64,000 bases of DNA from an uncultured Phycisphaerales bacterium (GTDB taxonomy: Bacteria > Planctomycetota > Phycisphaerae > Tepidisphaerales > Tepidisphaeraceae), in assembly GCA_963758525.1 (NCBI GenBank), contig CAVWVQ010000003.1, positions 3,008,001 to 3,072,000 of the forward strand, in the 5' to 3' direction. Of this stretch, positions 1 to 15,169 are shown in pieces; positions within the stretch are counted from its first letter, which is position 1; every line of letters begins with the position of its first letter. The notes beneath the pieces are model-generated. The model worked only from the letters and a program-made list of their open reading frames with translations. It had not been told where the DNA came from and did no database searches. The position numbers were made by a program, and so were the translations under genes.

Positions 1-2
1 CT

Positions 3-3002
3 GCGACAGCCGGCGAGGCATGGTCAGTTGCGGCCTCGGCGGACGGACATTACGCTTTCGTTGCTGGCAGCAATTTCGTTCAAATCTTCGACATCAGCAA
101 TCCTTCGTCGCCCGTCGCAGTCTCCACCTACCCGATCAGCGGGGTTGGGTTTGGTGTGGCCGTGGCCAATGGGCTGCTGTATGTCGCTGGCGGCGCAGAT
201 GGGGTGCTGGTGCTCGACCCGACTAATCCGGCAGCCCCGCAACTGATAGCGTCTTACAAGTCGGCTTGGGGTGCCTTTGATGTATCCGTGGTCGGGAGCA
301 ACGTCTACGTCGCAGACGGCGAGGGTGGTATCGACGTCCTCACCCTCCAGGATTTGCAGCCGCCGTCAGTCGCGATCACGAGCTCCTCTTCCGGCTCTGC
401 TTACTCAACTTCGACCGGCACGATTAATCTCAGCGGCAGCGCATCGGACAACGTGGGCGTCACTCAGGTTACATGGTCGAATAGCGACGGTGGCAGTGGG
501 ACCGCGACTGGAACGGCAAGCTGGTCGGCACATGCAATTCCACTTCAAGCAGGCGTTAACGTGCTCACGGTGACAGCAATCGACGCGGCTGGGAACCAAG
601 GCACGGCCGTGCTCAATGTCACCTACACGCCGGTTCAATCTTCACAGACTATTACGTTTAGCGCCGTCGCAGCTCACACGTTTGGAGATCCACCATTTGC
701 GCTCAACGCAATCGCGAATTCCGGGCTTCCTGTGAGTTTCAGTGTTGTCTCAGGGCCGGCGACCCTACTTGACAATACGCTAGCGATCACCGGCGCGGGA
801 ACCGTAGTGGTCAGCGCCACGCAGGCCGGAAACGCGTTCTTCAGCGCTGCTGCGCCTGTCAGCCAATCGTTCGCAGTCAACGAAGCAAGCCAAGCCATCG
901 CCCTCGCGACTCCGAGCGGTCTCACATTCGGCAGCGCACCGTTCGCCGAAACCGCTACGGCTGACTCCGGATTGCAGGTGTCGCTGAGTGTTGTCTCCGG
1001 CCCCGCGACCGTTACAGGAAATCTGGTTACGCTCACGGGGGCCGGCGGCGTTGTACTCCAAGGCTCGCAAGGGGGTGACGCAAATTATAACGCCGCCGCG
1101 AACCAGACCGTTTCATTCAATGTGGCGCAGGCTCCGCAAACGATTTCCTTCGGCACGCTCAGCAACCAGCATGTTGGAGACGCGCCGTTTTTAGTCACTG
1201 CGACGACCAGTTCCGGCCTGGCACCGACTTTCAGCCTGGTGTCAGGACCGGCAACAGTGTCGGGAGGAGTCGTCACGATTACCGGCCCGGGTACCGTTAT
1301 TTTGGCTGCGGCACAGAGCGGCAACACCAATTATCTGCCAGCCACGAGCGTCAATCGGAGCTTTACTTCACTGCCGGCACCGGTCGTTACCACGCTAACA
1401 AAAAGCAGCACCACCACCCTCAAGTTCGGCCAGAGCGTAACGTTCACCGCCGCAGTCAGCTCCGGCGCCGGGACGCCCACCGGCAGCGTTACGTTCAAGG
1501 ACGGCGCTGCCGTGCTTGGGACCGGCAGGCTCAGCGGCGGTACTGCCACGTTCACGACTGCCTCGATGGCGGTGGGAAGCCATTCGATCACCGCCGTCTA
1601 CAGCGGAGACGTGAATTTTGTGGCCAGCACGTCGCACTCGCTCACGCAGACGGTTAGTCAATCGACGACGACGACGAAGTTGAGCAAGAATTCCACGGCC
1701 GCGATCAGGTTCGGGCAGAGCGTGACGTTTACAGCGACTTTGGCCGCTGTCGGCCCCGGGGCGGGAACGCCGACGGGTGCGGTTACTTTCCTGGAGGGAG
1801 CGACTGTTCTGGGCGTCAGTCCTCTCGTCAACGGCGTGGCGACCTTCACGACCGCGACGCTCGCGGCGGGAAGCAATTCGATCAAGGCTACGTATGGCGG
1901 AGATACGAACTTTGCCGGCAGCACGTCGGGCGCGATCGCCCAGACCGTTACTCAGTCCGGGACGACCACCACGCTGACCAAGAACACGACGACTGCCATC
2001 AAATATGGGCAAAGCGTGACGTTTACGGCGACGCTGGCGGCCGTCAGCCCCGGCGCGGGCGTGCCGACGGGCGCGGTCACCTTTATGGACGGAGCCGGCG
2101 TCCTCGGGAGCGCGGCGCTGGTTAATGGCGTTGCGACATTCACGACCGCGACACTTCCGGCGGGGAGCAATGCGATCAAAGCCCGGTATGGCGGAGATGC
2201 CAACTTCACCGCCAGCACGTCGGGTTCGCTGACGCAGACGGCGCAGCCGATTACCTACGAGGCCGAGAAAGCCGTCCTCGGAAACGGGACCGTCGCCGCG
2301 CAGGACAACATCGGCTATACCGGCAGCGGCTACGCGGACTTTGGCGCAAAGAATTCCACCGTGCAGTTCACAGTGAACGCGTTCGCGGCCGGCACGGCAA
2401 CGCTCTCGTTCCGGTATGCCAATGGAACCACGGCGGCGCGCCCAGTGAGCGTCACCATTAACGGCACCCTCGTCGGCTCGATTGCATTCTCCCCAACCGG
2501 CGCTTGGACGACCTGGGCCACGACCGCGTTGAACGCCGCGTTGCTCGCCGGGAGCAACACTATTTTGCTCACCGTCACAGGCGTGGCGGGGCCGAACCTT
2601 GACTCGCTGGCCGTCAGTCCGGTGCCTCCGTTGATTTACGAGGGAGAAAGCGCTGTTCTCGGCGGCGGCACCGTCGCCGCGGTGGACAACGCGGGCTACA
2701 CCGGCGCTGGCTACGCCGACTTCGGTCACAAGAATTCGACTGCGCAGTTCAATGTCGTCACCAGTGCGGCCGGCGCCGCGTTTCTGACGTTCCGCTACGC
2801 CAACGGCTCGACCGCGGCACGCCCGGTGAGCCTGTCAGTCAACGGGACGGTGGTATCCACGCTATCCTTTGCCCCGACCGGGTCATGGACCAACTGGACG
2901 ACGACGACACTGAGCACGCCGCTCTTGAGCGGCAGCAATGTGATCCTGCTGACCGTCACCGGCAGCGATGGGCCGAACCTGGACTCGCTGACTGTCAGTT
3001 GA
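3..3002 (+). CDS. Large secreted/surface protein (5' partial): LVIVD-type beta-propeller repeats, Ig-like domains, three Big_3-type Ig repeats, two C-terminal CBM35/CBM6-like modules
   Basis: Frame is open from base 3 (ATAGEAWSVAASADGHYAFVAGSNFVQIFDISNPSSP...). Contains LYVAGGADGVLVLD repeats, GQSVTFTATL...PTGAVTF..G repeats and two YEAE/YEGE...GYTGSGYADF...FRYANG modules. Confidence 0.85.
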   Translation, partial: ATAGEAWSVAASADGHYAFVAGSNFVQIFDISNPSSPVAVSTYPISGVGFGVAVANGLLYVAGGADGVLVLDPTNPAAPQLIASYKSAWGAFDVSVVGSNVYVADGEGGIDVLTLQDLQPPSVAITSSSSGSAYSTSTGTINLSGSASDNVGVTQVTWSNSDGGSGTATGTASWSAHAIPLQAGVNVLTVTAIDAAGNQGTAVLNVTYTPVQSSQTITFSAVAAHTFGDPPFALNAIANSGLPVSFSVVSGPATLLDNTLAITGAGTVVVSATQAGNAFFSAAAPVSQSFAVNEASQAIALATPSGLTFGSAPFAETATADSGLQVSLSVVSGPATVTGNLVTLTGAGGVVLQGSQGGDANYNAAANQTVSFNVAQAPQTISFGTLSNQHVGDAPFLVTATTSSGLAPTFSLVSGPATVSGGVVTITGPGTVILAAAQSGNTNYLPATSVNRSFTSLPAPVVTTLTKSSTTTLKFGQSVTFTAAVSSGAGTPTGSVTFKDGAAVLGTGRLSGGTATFTTASMAVGSHSITAVYSGDVNFVASTSHSLTQTVSQSTTTTKLSKNSTAAIRFGQSVTFTATLAAVGPGAGTPTGAVTFLEGATVLGVSPLVNGVATFTTATLAAGSNSIKATYGGDTNFAGSTSGAIAQTVTQSGTTTTLTKNTTTAIKYGQSVTFTATLAAVSPGAGVPTGAVTFMDGAGVLGSAALVNGVATFTTATLPAGSNAIKARYGGDANFTASTSGSLTQTAQPITYEAEKAVLGNGTVAAQDNIGYTGSGYADFGAKNSTVQFTVNAFAAGTATLSFRYANGTTAARPVSVTINGTLVGSIAFSPTGAWTTWATTALNAALLAGSNTILLTVTGVAGPNLDSLAVSPVPPLIYEGESAVLGGGTVAAVDNAGYTGAGYADFGHKNSTAQFNVVTSAAGAAFLTFRYANGSTAARPVSLSVNGTVVSTLSFAPTGSWTNWTTTTLSTPLLSGSNVILLTVTGSDGPNLDSLTVS

Positions 3003-3161
3003 TGAGAAGACCGCGAGCAGGCTCGGCGGCTGCGCGGGGAGCCGCAGTGAAAAGAAAGGTGCCGCGAAGGCGCACGCAGCAAGACACGAAGAGAAGAAGA
3101 GATAAGCCTGTGGGGGCACAGCGCCCCGATCGAGCGCAACTTGTCACTTCCGACGCAACCA

Positions 3162-3185
3162 GCACGGGCAAGATGCCCGTGCCAC
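3162..3185. repeat. REP-like short palindrome GCACGGGCAAGATGCCCGTGCCAC
   Basis: Related copies at 8300-8323, 51126-51148 and 51288-51311, all intergenic. Confidence 0.7.
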
Positions 3186-3679
3186 GGGGACGCGCGCAGT
3201 CCCAGAACTTGGCGAGGGGGGGCCGGGGTTCTTCTCCAGACAGCTGTTTGCCATATCGTTCAAGCTTCGCCTCGAACGGCTGTAAAAAGCGCGGGAGGGC
3301 CGCGTCCTGACCATCGAGCAGGCACGGCAGGAACTGCGAACTCATTCAGGGCCGTGAGGCGCTTCTGGAACTGCAAGGGCTCCAGTTCGTTGGCATTTGC
3401 GATTTCCTTCGCGTTTGTCTTCGCTGCTTCGCGTCTTCGCGGCTCTTTTCTGTCTTGCCCGCGTCTGGTCCTGCGATAAACCGGGCAGCGCTCTGCATCG
3501 CAAATGATTTTTTGCCGTCCTCGTCGGCTCGGCGTGCTAACCGTTACAGATCGCCCAGCATGGAAATGCCGCAAGTATGGTATTTGCATTACAGAAAAAG
3601 ATCGCGTGCCAAGTCGCGTAAAGTGCGTATCCTCTCGCTCGCGTTTCGGATTCGCCAATGTTGAGCTGAGGGAAGAAGT

Positions 3680-6204
3680 ATGTCTGATCTTGCGCATCGT
3701 CGTGGGAGAAATCAGCTCGGGTTGAGCCGGTTCGGGAAGCGGAAAGCGCATGCGGTGGCGGAGCTTCTCGAAGGGCGCCGATTGTTGTCGACCAGCACGC
3801 TCAGCGCGAATGATGCGATTGCGTTCCAGCAGATTGTGATCGACAAGAGTCCCGGGACGGTGCCGGTCGTCAAGCGGCTGGTGGACATCACTAACAGCGG
3901 ACATCAGGACGCGGTCATCGGGCATGAATCGACGCTCGGCGGCGGCGGCCTGTTCTGGTATCAATATCCCGTCTCGGGCAATCCCAGCGCCACCTGGTCC
4001 AAGTACACGATCGACGCCAAGGCAGACGTCTACGAGTCGATCTGTGCCGCCGACATCAGCGGGCACGTCGACGCCCATGGCAACCCCGTCAACGATCTGG
4101 TGGTGTGTGAAAGAGGCACCGTCGTCTGGTATGAGAATCCCCTGGGTGACCAGAAAGATCCCACCACCAGTGCCTGGACGAAGCATGTGATCGGAACCAT
4201 CTCGCAGGGCGACACGCACGAGATGTATCTCGCAGACCTGGACGGCGACGGCCAGCTGGACGTGGTTTGTAATACATCCATCTTCTTTCGAAAGCCCTCG
4301 GGCGGTTGGATTCAGATCGCGACTGCCAACTACAATCGCACCGAGAAAGGCTTGTCTCTGTTCGATTCAGGCTCGGGTCTGGGAGCTATCGATTTGCTGG
4401 GCACCGGTAACAGCCCCAATTTTCAGCTCGGCTGGTACGAGAATCCGCGCGACGCGGGGAATCACACCGGCAACGCGCAGTCCGACCCGTGGGTTTTCCA
4501 TCCCATCGGGCCGGCGTACGGCAACTACGTCACCGGCGACGGCATCTCCTATGCCGCGATGGACGTCAACGGCGACGGGCATGAAGACATCATTACCTGC
4601 GACGGCGAATATGCCCAAGGCGACGGTGATGATAACGGCGGAAATGCACTGACCGGCGGGCTGATCTGGTGGCAGTCGCCCGCGAACCCAGCCACCGGGA
4701 CCTGGATCAAGCACACGATCGACGCGAGCCTCGATGAAGTCCACAACCTGATCGTCGCCGACATGAACGGCGACGGTACGCCGGAGATTCTGACCTTTGA
4801 GCAGGATCAATCGCCGCTGGGGCGACTGATGATCATTTACAACGAGGGAGGCACCGGGCAAAACTGGCTGGAGCAGGTGATCGCGTCGGATGCCATGCCC
4901 GCGTCGGGCGGCGGCACGGGAGGGCAGAACGAAGGCGTCGGCGATGCCAACAGCGATGGCAGCCTCGACATCCTCACTTCGCCGCACGGCTTTTATTCGC
5001 AGATCAATCCGATCAGCCTGTATCTCAATCTGAACACCATCGACGCCGTCGTCAAACCCAAAATCACCAGCGCGTCCGGCTCGACGAGCGTGAACGCTGG
5101 CGGTTCAGTGACGTTTGCAGTCTCCGCGACGGGCACCGGGCCATTGACGTATCAATGGCAGCAGAACGGAGCGGACATCGCCGGCGCGAACGCCAGTTCC
5201 TACACCATCACGTCCGCTCCGGCCAGCGACGATCAGTCGGTCTTCCGATGCATCGTCGGCAATCCCGCGGGGCTGATCCCCAGCCCCGGGGCGACGCTCA
5301 GCGTCGTGCAAGGCCCGCAAACCGGCACGACCACAAAGCTGACCAAAAGCACCACGGCGGCCATCAGATTCGGCCAGAGCGTCACGTTCACCGCCGCGCT
5401 TTCGCCGGTGAGCCCCGGCACTGGCACTCCCACCGGGACTGTCACCTTTATGGACGGGGCCACTCCGCTCGGCACCGGCTCGCTCAGCGGCGGCCTTGCC
5501 ACGCTGACCACCGCATCGATGCCGGCGGGAGTAGACTCCATCACAGCGGTCTACGGGGGCGACGCGAACTTCGCCGCCAGCACGTCGAGCGCGGTCAAGC
5601 AGACGGTTCAGCAATCGGGCACCACTGCAAAGCTGACGAAGAATACAACGACGTCAATCAGGTTCGGCCAGCGCGTGACATTCACCGCAACGCTGGCTGC
5701 CGTCGCCCCAGGCGCTGGCACGCCCAGCGGCACGGTCACGTTCAAGGACGGCTCGACCACGCTGGGCACCGCAATGCTCAGCGGCGGCGTCGCGACGTTT
5801 GCAACATCGTCGCTGCCGGTGGCGAGCAACTCGATCACCGCCATCTACGGCGGCGACACGGATTTCACCACCAGCACGTCGAGCTCGGTGACACAGACGG
5901 TCAACAAATCGTCGACCACCACGCAGCTGAGCAAAAGCACCACCACCCCGATCCGCTCCGGCCAGAGCGTGACGTTCACCGCGACCCTCGTGGCGGTCAG
6001 TCCGGCGCGGGGACGCCCACGGGGATCGTCACCTTTTTCGACAGCGGCAGCTCAATCGGCACCGGCACGCTCAGCGGCGGGATCGCGACGTTCACCACCA
6101 CGATGCTGCCGCTCGGCAGCAACTCGATCACGGCTATGTATGGTGGAGACGTGGACTTCAGCGGAAGCACGTCCAACGCGCTCACTCAGACGGTTACGAG
6201 CTAA
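3680..6204 (+). CDS. Secreted FG-GAP/VCBS-repeat protein with an Ig domain and three Big_3 repeats; frameshift near 6002
   Basis: ELLEGRRLLS planctomycete leader; DLDGDGQLD, DVNGDGHED and DMNGDGTPE motifs. The last Big_3 repeat continues in the frame of ORF 5155..6204 (GAGTPTGIVTFFDSG...QTVTS*). Confidence 0.8.
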
Positions 6205-7546
6205 GAGGTCTAATGGGCAGCGCACGAAAAAGATTTTTTGGTGCCATCGTCACGATCAGATATGCCGCGAAAAGCAGAAGAATCGCCCGCAGCGGCATGG
6301 CGTAGCGGTTGTACACCTGTGTTACGAGATACGGCACGATCGCCAGCAGCGCGATGCCCAGAAGCGACACGCCCCGATGCTTGAGCCGCCAGGCGGTCCA
6401 GGCGCCGGCGAGGCCGAGGGTGACGACCAGAGCGTTAATGAGGTAACGGTCGTAGTCGAAGTCTCGCCACAGGTACGCGCCGGTGCGGCCGGTGTCGTTG
6501 ATGAAGGCGTGAACCGATCGCTCGCCGCAGAGAAACCAGAATCGTGCTGGCGAGGCATGATACTCTTCGGCGAAGCGTCGGCCGCAAAGGGCGAAGTATT
6601 TGTTTTCCCCCAGGCCGAGCACGAGGCGGTGCTCGGCCGCGTTGCGGGAGGGATGAGCATCGAGCACGGCCAGCGTCATCCAGCCGTAGCTGCAGGGCTG
6701 ATTCGCGAGCCAGAGTTCGACGTTGGCATTGCCGCGGACGAGGAGGACGCGATCGAAAGTTCGGTAATTGCGAATGGTCCACGGCAACAAGACCGCGCAC
6801 GCCGCGATCGCCGCCACGAGGGCGAGGAACGCCTGGTGAGGCCAACTCCGCCTCGAGGCGATTCGTGGCGACTGTGCTAGTTTCACAAAACGGTTCCCAC
6901 GCGCTGCAAGCAGCACGATCGCCGGACATGCGAGTACGTAGCTGGTGTTGGTCAGCAGCAGCAACCCGAGGGTCGCGCCCAACCCGGCGAACTCTGTTAT
7001 CGTCACTTTCTCGCTGCCCGCGAGTTGCAGTGTCCAGCAGAGTATCCACAAGAACATCGCCAGCGCCAGGTAGTTGTCCCAGAGGCTGTCCACCACGTGG
7101 AGAAACATGGGATGGACGAGGAATAGCACTGCGGCCAGCGCGCCGACGTTGCGATTGGAGAATTGCTTCCCCAGCACAAACAGCGCGGCCGCGCACGCGG
7201 CACGACAGAAGATATTGAAAACGACAATCGAGCTGAGCACCGCCTGGCTGTGATCGCCGCAGAGCCGATAGGCCAACGACATCACCAACGGATAAACCGG
7301 GGGACACCAACTGGTGGGCGGCGCGTGCGACGTGTCGTCGAACGGACTGAGAAAGCCATCCCCCCTGGCCAGATGCCGGGCGATGTGATCCTCCTCGCTG
7401 AATCCGTCTTCGAACTGATGTGCCGGCGTAAGGAGATAAGCGAAGCCGCTCAGCAATGCCGCGGCGACAATCCAGCGCAGCAGACGGCCGTCGCTGAGCG
7501 AACCGCGGGCAGTCGATGTTTGGGGATGGATCGCGAGCGTCGTCAT
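6194..7546 (-). CDS. ArnT/PMT-like (GT39/GT83) polytopic membrane glycosyltransferase
   Basis: IARHLARGDGF...PTSWCPPVYP N-terminal motif, many TM segments, LLPWTIRNY and RYAMP motifs; start placed at MTTLAIH. Confidence 0.75.
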   Translation of the reverse strand: MTTLAIHPQTSTARGSLSDGRLLRWIVAAALLSGFAYLLTPAHQFEDGFSEEDHIARHLARGDGFLSPFDDTSHAPPTSWCPPVYPLVMSLAYRLCGDHSQAVLSSIVVFNIFCRAACAAALFVLGKQFSNRNVGALAAVLFLVHPMFLHVVDSLWDNYLALAMFLWILCWTLQLAGSEKVTITEFAGLGATLGLLLLTNTSYVLACPAIVLLAARGNRFVKLAQSPRIASRRSWPHQAFLALVAAIAACAVLLPWTIRNYRTFDRVLLVRGNANVELWLANQPCSYGWMTLAVLDAHPSRNAAEHRLVLGLGENKYFALCGRRFAEEYHASPARFWFLCGERSVHAFINDTGRTGAYLWRDFDYDRYLINALVVTLGLAGAWTAWRLKHRGVSLLGIALLAIVPYLVTQVYNRYAMPLRAILLLFAAYLIVTMAPKNLFRALPIRPLSS

Positions 7547-7650
7547 ACGGGCAGCCAAAGGAGTTATCGGGATCGGGGTGAGGTAGCTTGAAGGTTGGTC
7601 TGCCGGTCCGGCAATGTGCAGCCGGAAATTCGCGCGCCCGCAGTCGGCGG

Positions 7651-7720
7651 GTAGGGCGGGATTCATCCCGCCGCGCGTTTTGTAAGACTACGGACCGCGG
7701 CGGGATAAGTCCCGCCCTAC
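7651..7720. repeat. GTAG-type REP doublet (REPIN-like)
   Basis: GTAGGGCGGGATTCATCCCGCCG plus inverted copy CGGCGGGATAAGTCCCGCCCTAC; the same unit occurs at 35768-35835. Confidence 0.8.
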
Positions 7721-8030
7721 AGGAGACCGACCTGCGAATTCAGATGGAATGCACCACTAATGCCCTTACGCGAACCGCGCCGGCAATCTCCCAGGCTCCG
7801 CGCGAATCCATGAAGAGGGAACACGAATCTGCACCAATGGGCACGAATCCTCACGAATAAACGCGGGGAAACCTCCTTCGTGAAGATTCATGCGAAATGC
7901 GTGTCGATTCGTGTTCTGCATTATTCGTTCACTGCGTACCGGGCGGGATCGCGCAGGGCCATTTAAGTTAGAGTGAGGGCCAGATCGGGGAAAGGCGTTG
8001 AGAGGCGCCAGGACGCTTGCACACAACGCA

Positions 8031-8072
8031 GCCCCCACCCCAACCCTCCCCCGGAGTACCAGGGGAGGGGGA
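8031..8072. repeat. Intergenic hairpin repeat CCCCCACCCCAACCCTCCCCCGGAGTACCAGGGGAGGGG
   Basis: Imperfect palindrome in the intergenic space between the divergent GT and prfA genes. Confidence 0.5.
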
Positions 8073-8452
8073 AAGGCCAGGCCCGCGGAAAATATTACAC
8101 TCCCGCGGCCGGCTCATAATCAACGTGTGGCTCATAATCGGCGTTGCCTTGGACTATTGCGTGGGTATGCTTTGCGTATGGTCTGCAACCTTTTCACCCG
8201 CCGTTAGCTGCCTCGGAATTGCAAGTGAGCTCTGAACCTTCGTCCGCCACCAGGAGGAGTGTTAGAGCGAGTCGAATTCCTCGCGGCAGAACCGTCCCCG
8301 TGTCGTGGGCGTCCCGCCCATGCTAGTTGCATGAGAAGTAAGACAAATCGGATATCGCAGGTTGATCCACCGCTTCTTTTCTTTCCGCGTCGCTAACACG
8401 CGCGGGAGGCCCGTGCGACGGGGAAAGTTTCTCTTTTTTTCACGGAGTCATC

Positions 8453-9550
8453 ATGGCCGCCCCGGCCTCGCTCATTCGCAAGCTCGAAGAAATGCAGGGT
8501 CGTTACGAGCAGTTGCAGGCGCAGCTGAACGATCCCGAAACACAGTCCAACCCCCATCGGATCATTGCCGCCAGCAAGGAATCGGGGCAGCTCGGTCCGC
8601 TGGTGGGAAAGTATCGCGAGTATCTCACGGCGACGCGCGACCTGGAATCAACGCGCCTGCTCGCTCAAAACACGGATGACGCCGAGATGGCGGAACTTGC
8701 GGCGTCGGAATTGCCGGGAAACGAAGCGAAAGTGGAGGCGCTGCTGAGCGGATTGAAGGACGAATTTCTCGCCGCCGAGCAGGCGCCGGTTGAATCGTTC
8801 TTTCTGGAACTTCGTGCCGGCACCGGGGGGGAAGAGGCCGGGCTGTTCGTTCGTGACCTGTTTGAAATGTATCGGCGGTATGCCGATGTGAAGCGCTGGC
8901 GGTTTGACGTAAGCGATTTCTCGGAAAGTGAGCGAGGCGGATTCAAGGAAGTGATCGTCAACGTGAGATCGCCCGACGCATACCGGCATCTGCGGTTTGA
9001 AGGGGGCGGGCATCGCGTGCAGCGCGTGCCTGAAACCGAGGCGCAGGGAAGAATTCACACCAGCGCCGCCACCGTCGCGGTGCTGCCGGAACTGGCGGAC
9101 GTGAAGATTGAGATCAATCCCAAGGACGTTGAGGAATTCGGCTGCCGGGGGGGAGGCCCGGGCGGTCAGAACGTGAACAAAGTCGAAACCGGCTGGCGGA
9201 TACTGCATAAGCCCAGCGGATTGCAGTTCAAAATGACAGAGCACAAGAGCCAGGCGATGAACAAGGAACGCGCCTGGGCGCTGTTGCGGGCGACCTTGTA
9301 TGAAACCGAGCGCGCCAAGCAGCACGCGGCAGCCACACTGGCGAGGAAGACGATGATGGGCAGCGGCGACCGGTCGCAGCGCATCCGAACGTATAACTTC
9401 CCGCAGAATCGCTGCACCGATCATCGCCTGGGGGGAGAGGGAGGCGGCGAGAAGAACTTCAATCTCGAACAGATCATGCAGGGCCAGATGGACCCGCTGA
9501 TCGACGCACTGCTCGAACTCGACAAGCAACAGCGACTGGCGGAACTGTGA
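8453..9550 (+). CDS. prfA: Peptide chain release factor 1
   Basis: GGQ motif, PxT (PET) stop-codon discriminator in HRVQRVPETEAQGRIHTS, RIRTYNFPQNR. Confidence 0.95.
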   Translation: MAAPASLIRKLEEMQGRYEQLQAQLNDPETQSNPHRIIAASKESGQLGPLVGKYREYLTATRDLESTRLLAQNTDDAEMAELAASELPGNEAKVEALLSGLKDEFLAAEQAPVESFFLELRAGTGGEEAGLFVRDLFEMYRRYADVKRWRFDVSDFSESERGGFKEVIVNVRSPDAYRHLRFEGGGHRVQRVPETEAQGRIHTSAATVAVLPELADVKIEINPKDVEEFGCRGGGPGGQNVNKVETGWRILHKPSGLQFKMTEHKSQAMNKERAWALLRATLYETERAKQHAAATLARKTMMGSGDRSQRIRTYNFPQNRCTDHRLGGEGGGEKNFNLEQIMQGQMDPLIDALLELDKQQRLAEL

Positions 9551-9573
9551 AGAGACTGATACAGATCTGCCGT

Positions 9574-10938
9574 CTACCGCGACACCGATCCTAGTGCATA
9601 GTTTTTGATAAATGTTGTCAGCTCAGTCGTCGGCCGGCGACGTGCCTCATCGAGGATTAATGCATTGCGAAAACGTCCCAATTGCAGATACGCACGGTAG
9701 TCATCGGGCATCGTGACGTGCAGGCTCTGCAGGCTCGTCTGGCCGCTCATGACACGCTGGAACGATTCCTCGCGATAGTAATCTTCCCGCCCTCCGCCAG
9801 CTTGTTTGAGAGCGGCGGAGAGCCACGTGCCGGGATCGGATGCCGGACCCTTTGCGATCGCCGAAAGCAACGCGCGCTCCTGAGGCGTCACGATTTCGAT
9901 CCGGCCGATCATCAAGCGTTTCACATCCGCATCGATCGAGAGCTGCAACGGCAAGACGCGATCCGTCCATGTGGCCGGGACCATAAAAAAGAGTCGCAGC
10001 CCCGGCCGGCGGAAGTAGGAAGCTTCCCAGGTGTTGAGCAGGGCGTCCGCCTCATCAACGAACAAGCCGCGATGGATCATCTCGGTCTTGAGGGCTGCAC
10101 GAATGAGGGCAACGTTGTCCGCCGAGTATTCGCGATCAGCCAAGGTCGCGGGGGCGAGCATGCTGTCGACTTGCTGTCCGTTGGGTCTGCCGAGCGATCG
10201 CATTGCGCAACGACCGTCGGCTTTCACGTCAACGAGCCAGAGGGTTCGCATTGCATCGGGCGAGTCCGCGTGAATCGTCAGGTCCGAGCCGCCGCTGTCG
10301 AGCGACACGTGCAGCGGCGGAGCAATGTTCCCCACGCCGCGATAGAAAAGAAAACGCTCGCTCTCCTTCTTGCCGGTGGTGACGCCTGCAGCTGCGACCG
10401 CCCGGGGCGCGAGCCAGACCTGGGCGTTCGTCTCGGGCCCTGGGAGATCCGAGCCGACGACGAGCCCGCGCCACGCCAGCGTTCCGCTGGTCGCGGCATC
10501 GAGGGTCCCGGACCGGCCGTCGAATCCGATGCGTTCGATGCCCGGGGCGGAAACTTCCGCGTCGGGGTAATACTGCGTGAGCCAGCCCCCGTGAAACGTA
10601 ACATCGACATCGAGCTTCATCGATTTGGGACCATTCGCCGGAAGGTGAAAGTAAATCACTGGCGTCTCAAGCCGGACCAGCACGTCGGGATCGCATCGCG
10701 GCACGCCCTTGAAGAGCACGGCGGGCACCTCTGAAGGACCGTTGATCAGGCGGTGAAGATCATGGACGAACGGGGGCAGCGGCTCGTCGTCGGTGTTGAT
10801 GCCCCCAATTGGCGTCCCGCTTTCATCCTCCAGAGAAGTGAAAGTGCCCCACTCATGGACGATCAGGCGCTCATCTCCTCGCGCCGACGCGGCCAGGGAA
10901 ACCGCCAACAGCGCGACCGCCAATGGACTTCGGACCAT
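9574..10938 (-). CDS. Secreted hypothetical protein (VHEWGTFT-motif family)
   Basis: Signal peptide; VHEWGTFTS, ETPVIYF, ERFLFYRGVG and GLFVDEADALLNTW motifs. Confidence 0.7.
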   Translation of the reverse strand: MVRSPLAVALLAVSLAASARGDERLIVHEWGTFTSLEDESGTPIGGINTDDEPLPPFVHDLHRLINGPSEVPAVLFKGVPRCDPDVLVRLETPVIYFHLPANGPKSMKLDVDVTFHGGWLTQYYPDAEVSAPGIERIGFDGRSGTLDAATSGTLAWRGLVVGSDLPGPETNAQVWLAPRAVAAAGVTTGKKESERFLFYRGVGNIAPPLHVSLDSGGSDLTIHADSPDAMRTLWLVDVKADGRCAMRSLGRPNGQQVDSMLAPATLADREYSADNVALIRAALKTEMIHRGLFVDEADALLNTWEASYFRRPGLRLFFMVPATWTDRVLPLQLSIDADVKRLMIGRIEIVTPQERALLSAIAKGPASDPGTWLSAALKQAGGGREDYYREESFQRVMSGQTSLQSLHVTMPDDYRAYLQLGRFRNALILDEARRRPTTELTTFIKNYALGSVSR

Positions 10939-11163
10939 GCCCGCTCCCGTGATTGAGGGGTTCGATCAACACGAGCATGCATCCACGGGAAAAAAGTTTC
11001 AAGAAATCCGCGCGGGCCGGCAGGGCGGGCGGGGCTGAGCCGGCTGAGCCTCTTGCCCCTCCCCCGGTATTCCGGCTTTCCGCTCTGAATTGCAAGCTCC
11101 CGGAAAGTCGGGCACGCCCGGCAGGGCCGAGGCGTGCGCAACGCGCAGCCGCGCCGGTTGTTT

Positions 11164-15149
<3,986 letters not shown>

Positions 15150-15169
15150 GGGAATTCCTCGGCTTTGTT

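Noticed and set aside
6005..6880. C-terminal extension of ORF 3680..6880 overlapping the GT gene
   Set aside because: Artefact of the frameshift at ~6002; the true C-terminus ends at 6204
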